Positions 60,176-64,000 of a stretch of DNA of 64,000 nucleotides are shown here, piece by piece; position 1 is the stretch's first letter, and each line of letters begins with the position of its first letter. The DNA is from an uncultured delta proteobacterium (lineage in GTDB: Bacteria; Desulfobacterota; Binatia; UBA9968). The translations under genes were made by a program, and so were the position numbers. The notes beneath the pieces were generated by a model. That model was not told the DNA's origin, did not search any database, and worked only from the letters and a program-made list of their open reading frames with translations. The stretch lies in the NCBI GenBank assembly GCA_963816145.1, contig CAWFJP010000031.1, positions 128,001 through 192,000 on the forward strand. Reading direction: 5' to 3'.

Positions 60176-60821
60176 ATGGAAATCGTTCTTTACTACGCCC
60201 CCAACACCTGCGCGCTCGCTCCCTATGTCACGCTGGCCGAGGCCGGCGCCGATTTCGAGGTCCGGCCGCTCGATTTCCGCAAGCGGCAGAATTTCTCGCC
60301 CGAGTACCTGAAGATAAACCCCAAACACAAGGTGCCCGCGCTGGTGATCGACGGCAAGATCCTGACCGAGAACGTCGCCATCCATCAATGGGTCCATCGA
60401 ACCTTTCCCGGCAGCGAAGATCCTGCCCGCCGATCCGTGGGAGCAGTTGCAGGCGATCTCGCTGCATGGCTGGTGTGCCAGCGGCATCCACCCCTATCTG
60501 AGCCGGATCAACAACCCGCCCAAAGTCTGCGACGCCAACGGCGCGTCCGATAGCGTGATCAAGTTTGCCACCGAAGCGCTCTTCGAGAACTTCAAAATCG
60601 GTGATGATTTGCTCGCCGGGCGCGAATACTTCTTCGACCATTTCACCGCCCCGGACGCGCATTTCTTTTGGTGTTGCCGGCGCGCCACCCAATTGAAAGT
60701 GGACATCTCAGGCTTCGCCAACGTCGCGGCGCATTTCAAGCGCATGCAGAAGCGCCCGAGCGTCAAGAAGCTCGTCGCCTATGAGAAAGAAGTGAATGAA
60801 GGGTTTGCCAAGACGGCCTAG
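60176..60821 (+). CDS. Glutathione S-transferase, frameshift near 60408
   Basis: YLKINPKHKVPAL..LTENVAI; C-terminal half FTAPDAH in the next frame. Confidence 0.85.
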
Positions 60822-60988
60822 GAACCACTCGAGTTGCGCAGACACACGCAGTTGCCGAGCATCGCGCGGCGCCTTACGAGGCATCAGCGAGACGGACACC
60901 AAAATTTTTCGAACTGTGATTAAGATCAACGCCGAAAATAGCAAAGTCAAGATTCAGGACTCTGCCCTGAATCGTTCTCGGGAGTAAT

Positions 60989-61960
60989 ATGCCACGAACC
61001 GCAGCCGTGATCGGCCGATCAGGTTTTCGCATTCCAGCCCTTCTGCTGATCGCCGTCATGGCGCTTGCGGTCGGCTGGGCTCGCCGCTTTCCGAAGCCTG
61101 AAGTCACGACGATTAAAGTCCCCAACCCCGCCGAGCTCCAGCGATATATACTGTCGCGCAAGCCCGACGTAGCGCAATTCAAGTTACGTGGACCCTTTGC
61201 CGTCACCGAGCGCAAAGACCTGGAAATCCCGCTGGCTTCCGGTCTCACAGTGACAGCGGACTTGTACCTGTGCGCAGTGGCCCAAAAAGCCCCTTTGGTC
61301 ATCGTGTTGCACGGTTACGACAATTCCAAGAGGGACCATGCCTTCCAAGCGATGCATTTGGCCTCCTGGGGCATGCATGCCATGGCCATCGACTTGCCCA
61401 ATCACGGTCCGTGGATTGCCAACGGCAGAACTCTTGCCAGGCTGGTCGACGCGATTCATCGGAGGCCGCAGCTCGTCGACGAGCGCATCGACGCGGACAA
61501 GATCATTCTGATGGGCCACTCATTCGGCGCGACCGCCATCGCCACCGCGTTGGGGGAAAAAGCCCCCGCGTTGGGTGGCGTGCTTCTCGATCCCGCCGGC
61601 ATCGGCCGGGAATTGCCGAAGTTGCTGCAGCGGATCACCCGTCCGGTGATGGTGATCGGTGCGGACGAGGACATCTGGCCTACTCGCAACCGCGGGCAAT
61701 TTTACCGCTTCATTCCGCGCGCGGTCGGCGAGATCTCGATACGGGACACGCTCCACGAAGATGCACAGTATCCGAACGAGCACACGCTGCGCGCATTCGA
61801 GGACAAGCCCGATGACACCGAGGAAGCGCAGATCGCTTTCGTCAGCGCGCTGACCGCTTCCGCCTTCGGCCTTGCGGCCACCGGCGGCATAGACTATGGC
61901 TGGAACAGCTTTGACCAGGCCATTAAGAACGGCACTTTTTTCAACGCGAGGAGAAAATAA
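60989..61960 (+). CDS. Membrane-anchored alpha/beta hydrolase
   Basis: LHGY, GHSFG, LLDP; hydrophobic N-terminus. Confidence 0.85.
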   Translation: MPRTAAVIGRSGFRIPALLLIAVMALAVGWARRFPKPEVTTIKVPNPAELQRYILSRKPDVAQFKLRGPFAVTERKDLEIPLASGLTVTADLYLCAVAQKAPLVIVLHGYDNSKRDHAFQAMHLASWGMHAMAIDLPNHGPWIANGRTLARLVDAIHRRPQLVDERIDADKIILMGHSFGATAIATALGEKAPALGGVLLDPAGIGRELPKLLQRITRPVMVIGADEDIWPTRNRGQFYRFIPRAVGEISIRDTLHEDAQYPNEHTLRAFEDKPDDTEEAQIAFVSALTASAFGLAATGGIDYGWNSFDQAIKNGTFFNARRK

Positions 61961-62874
61961 TGGTCATCCCTTCAGTCCTATCGTCGGTGCAAGGATGGAA
62001 CACTGCGGCAGCGCGCCTGACCGTTTTGATCATCATCGTGCAGGCGCTTGGGCTTCGAGCTGTCTGGCCACAGGAACCCAATGAAGCGCGGCTCGACGAG
62101 GAAATCTCCAAGCAGGACAAAATCTACCAAAGGCGGGGCGCCGATATTCCCCGTGGCTACGTCACCAACCGAGGGCTCACGAACTACGCGGAGCTTCTTC
62201 CCGCGGGTTTCTGCGCCGCTCTCGGCAAGCTTGGCAGCTCGGATCGCTGGCTCGATATCGGCGCAGGCTCCGGACAAGCGATACTGGACTACTATGTGCC
62301 CGAAGCCGGTGCGGCGTCCGGCGAAAATTGCGTCGGGCCCGGCGCCAAGGCTCGCGCTGTCGCGATGTCCATAGAGGAACGGCAAACCGACAAGTGGCGA
62401 GAGCAAGCCGCGAGTCTCGGCGGCGACCGTATGCGCTACCTCAGCGGCAAGCGTCTGCGCCAATATTCGCCCGAGGAGTTGGGGAAATTTCAGCTCATTA
62501 CCGACGTGTTCGGCGGTTTCTCCTATACCGAGGACTTGTCCCAGTTCGTTGACAAGGTGCTGAGCTTGCTGGAGGTCGGCGGCGCCTTCTACACCCTGCT
62601 GCCAGGCGTGCACTTAGAGAATGACCAGGATAAACTCGGCATCTTGTATTTGACCGAGCTGGAGGGGGCTGCCGGCCGCCCCGAGAAAGTGTGCTCCTGG
62701 TTGAAGAAGACCACCTGCGCGAAAGTCGGCTGCGAGTCCAAGAGCGACTGGAAAAGGCCCACCGAGCTGATAAAAGTCGAGAAGGTCTGCAGCGATGTCT
62801 CTGTCCCGCGCATGAAATTATTGGAGTTCGAGGCGGGATATCCTCCCGGCCGGCGCTTCCAATTGGAGCAGTAG
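61960..62874 (+). CDS. SAM methyltransferase-like protein with putative signal peptide
   Basis: WLDIGAGSG; hydrophobic leader. Confidence 0.7.
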   Translation: MVIPSVLSSVQGWNTAAARLTVLIIIVQALGLRAVWPQEPNEARLDEEISKQDKIYQRRGADIPRGYVTNRGLTNYAELLPAGFCAALGKLGSSDRWLDIGAGSGQAILDYYVPEAGAASGENCVGPGAKARAVAMSIEERQTDKWREQAASLGGDRMRYLSGKRLRQYSPEELGKFQLITDVFGGFSYTEDLSQFVDKVLSLLEVGGAFYTLLPGVHLENDQDKLGILYLTELEGAAGRPEKVCSWLKKTTCAKVGCESKSDWKRPTELIKVEKVCSDVSVPRMKLLEFEAGYPPGRRFQLEQ

Positions 62875-62990
62875 GGGTGGTGGAGTTGAATTCACAGCGC
62901 CGGTGCGCGATGAACAAAACGAAAAGCTGGAAAGTCTGGAGGTAAAAATCTTAACGTTCATTGCCCGTGTGAATCGTTCTCAGGATTAAC

Positions 62991-63152
62991 CTGCCGGGAA
63001 CCGCGGCCGCGATCGACCAATCAGATTCCAGCCCTGCTGATCGTCCTCATGGCGGCTTCGGTCTTCCGGCCACCGGCGGTGTAAATTATGGCTGGAACAG
63101 CTTTGAGAAGGCTATCAACAACAGCCGCCTTTCCAACACGAGGAGGAAGTAA
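62991..63152 (+). pseudogene. Internally deleted duplicate of the 60989 hydrolase
   Basis: Retains the start (PGTAAAI..IPALLIVLMA) and the end (FGLPATGGVNYGWNSFEKAI..TRRK*). Confidence 0.8.
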
Positions 63153-63157
63153 TCGTC

Positions 63158-64000
63158 GTGCGTTCAGTTATATCGTCAGTGAAAAAATCGAGGACCGCGG
63201 GAACGCTCCTCGCCGTTGTGATCTTCCTGCAAGCGATTAGCGCTAGCGCTGGCTGGCCACAGGAATCCGCTCCACCGCGGATCGACGAAGAATTCACCAA
63301 GCAGGAAACAATCTACCGCGGCCGGGGCGCCGACGGTACGAGAGGCTATATTACCAGCCGAGGGCTTTCGGACTATGTGGCACTACTTCCCTCCGGCTTC
63401 TGCAACACGCTCGCCAAGCTCGGCAGCGCGGACCGATGGCTGGATATCGGAGCGGGCGCCGGACTGGCGATATTGGACTACTACAATCTCGCAAAGTGCG
63501 CTCGGCGTGGCGTCAAGGCGCGTGCGGTGGCGATGTCGATCGAGGATCGCCGGAGCGATGCATGGAAAAAGCAGGCGGCGAGCCTCGACGCCAACCGGCT
63601 ACGCTATCTCACCGGCAAGCGTCTGCGGCATTATTCACCCGAGGAGCTGGGGAAATTCCAGATGATTACCGATGTCTACGGCGGCTTCTCCTACACCGAA
63701 GACTTGTCCCAGTTCGTAGAGAAGGTGCTTAGCCTCCTGGAGGCCAAGGGTGTCTTCTACACGATGTTGCAAGGCGTGCGTTTAGAGAATGGCAAGGACC
63801 AACCCGATACGGCTTATCAAACCGAGCTGCTGGACCCGGCCAGTGGCAACGTGAAAGTTTGCTCCTGGCTGAAGAAGATAAGCTGCGTGAAGGTTGGCTG
63901 TGAGTCGAGCAGTGAATGGGCACCCACCGAGCGGATCAATATCCGGAAGGTCTGCAGCGATGTATCCGTTCCGCGCTTGAAATTATTGGAATACCAGTCT
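63158..64000 (+). CDS. Paralog of the 61960 methyltransferase-like gene, runs off the window
   Basis: AGGAGG then GTG; WLDIGAGAG, GGFSYTEDLSQFV; frame open to the end. Confidence 0.8.
   Translation, partial: MRSVISSVKKSRTAGTLLAVVIFLQAISASAGWPQESAPPRIDEEFTKQETIYRGRGADGTRGYITSRGLSDYVALLPSGFCNTLAKLGSADRWLDIGAGAGLAILDYYNLAKCARRGVKARAVAMSIEDRRSDAWKKQAASLDANRLRYLTGKRLRHYSPEELGKFQMITDVYGGFSYTEDLSQFVEKVLSLLEAKGVFYTMLQGVRLENGKDQPDTAYQTELLDPASGNVKVCSWLKKISCVKVGCESSSEWAPTERINIRKVCSDVSVPRLKLLEYQS

Noticed and set aside
23915-60415. Programmed frameshifting or mass pseudogenisation (frameshifts near 23922, 26965, 30682, 38362, 60408)
   Set aside because: All are single extra bases, mostly in short homopolymers, in otherwise intact genes. 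Sequencing indels are the simpler explanation; read mapping would decide.

Overview
GC-rich bacterial chromosome segment. The many ABC/TctC solute-binding proteins plus Rieske, MmgE/PrpD and P450 genes suggest Candidatus Binatia or a related deltaproteobacterium (inference). It opens with the 3' part of a group II intron, then a TetR-P450 pair beside an IS91-family remnant. The most striking structure spans ~8-44 kb: nine type II toxin-antitoxin pairs, extra orphan or decayed antitoxins, a Fic protein and a DUF2075 helicase, interspersed with about 20 exact or degenerate copies of a short oriented motif, (A/G)G(A/G)CCTGACCCC or GGTCCGACCCC. The motif is repeatedly preceded by duplicated 3' tails of unrelated genes (higA, a MetE-like methionine synthase, a probable RAYT transposase). 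It points rightward left of ~24.2 kb and leftward right of ~26.1 kb, and the intact TA pairs follow the same polarity. This looks like a cassette-like gene-capture array; no intact mobilizing enzyme or integron integrase is in the window. The rest is transport and metabolism genes, MITEs/REP hairpins, a PaaK-like::NRPS A-T fusion, a sigma54 unit, pal, a ClC channel and a duplicated hydrolase-methyltransferase operon. Several single-base frameshifts probably reflect sequencing indels. All family calls come from motif recognition by eye; no searches were run.
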